Origin: an uncultured Chloroflexia bacterium | Lineage (GTDB): Bacteria > Chloroflexota > Limnocylindria > Limnocylindrales > CSP1-4 | Direction of reading: 5' to 3' | Assembly (NCBI GenBank): GCA_963748625.1 | Contig: CAVVJT010000002.1 | Location: 160,001-224,000, forward strand | Length of the DNA stretch: 64,000 bases | In this document: piece after piece, positions 63,656-64,000 of the stretch | How positions within the stretch are numbered: the first letter of the stretch is position 1 | Layout: the number at the start of each line of letters is the position of its first letter | Notes under the pieces: model-generated | Databases searched by the model: none | Told to the model about the DNA's origin: nothing | Seen by the model: only the letters and a program-made list of their open reading frames with translations | Made by a program: the position numbers and the translations under genes

Positions 63656-63922
63656 ATGGGAATCATCGCCTGGATCGTGCTCGGCGCAATCGCCGGGTTC
63701 ATCGCCAACCTCATCATGGGCTCGCGTGACGGCCTGCTCATGATGATCGTCCTGGGCATCGTCGGCGCCGTCGTCGGCGGCTTCATCGCCGGCAACCTGC
63801 TCGGCATCGCCGATGTCACCGGCTTCAACCTCACCAGCCTCCTGGTCGCGGTGTTCGGCGCCGTCGTCGTCATCGCCGTCGCCCGGCTCGTCATGGGCCG
63901 CGGCACGACGCGGACCGTCTGA
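63656..63922 (+). CDS. GlsB/YeaQ/YmgE stress-response membrane protein
   Basis: 'MGIIAWIVLGAIAGFIA..IVLGIVGAVVGG'. Confidence 0.92.
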   Translation: MGIIAWIVLGAIAGFIANLIMGSRDGLLMMIVLGIVGAVVGGFIAGNLLGIADVTGFNLTSLLVAVFGAVVVIAVARLVMGRGTTRTV

Positions 63923-63985
63923 TCAACCGCCGCTCAGTACGTCTTCACATCCACTCCACACGCACCTAGCACGAAGGAGTCAGGC

Positions 63986-64000
63986 ATGACTGACGAGCAT
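63986..64000 (+). CDS. Start of next CDS (MTDEH..., truncated by window)
   Basis: AAGGAG RBS followed by ATG; product not determinable. Confidence 0.45.

Overview
High-GC bacterial chromosome segment. Gene content and style suggest Chloroflexota, possibly Limnocylindria-like; this is inference only. Single-base indels split many genes without in-frame stops, most likely long-read assembly errors, so several CDSs are reconstructed across frames. Main blocks: (1) housekeeping and miscellaneous genes (SulP, EttA, cytosine deaminase, Suv3-like helicase); (2) a 14-kb DeoR-controlled L-rhamnose-type uptake and catabolism operon, extended by a PHP protein, an aldolase/SrlD-like fusion and a SorE-like reductase; (3) a thioredoxin/DM13/two-component region with clear operator boxes; (4) an 18-kb purine catabolism cluster with two Mo-hydroxylases, SsnA, YgfK, YgeW, YgeY and guanine deaminase, but two unusual PLP enzymes where YgeX/HyuA are expected, interrupted by a VapBC module; (5) an ECF sigma/beta-propeller anti-sigma locus, a 5'-3' exonuclease, a P-type ATPase and a ZU5-like lipoprotein; (6) a probable stress-regulon island where four promoters share the motif ATGAC-N5-GTCATGACA around an atypical orphan response regulator. 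No rRNA, tRNA, CRISPR array or transposase was recognised.
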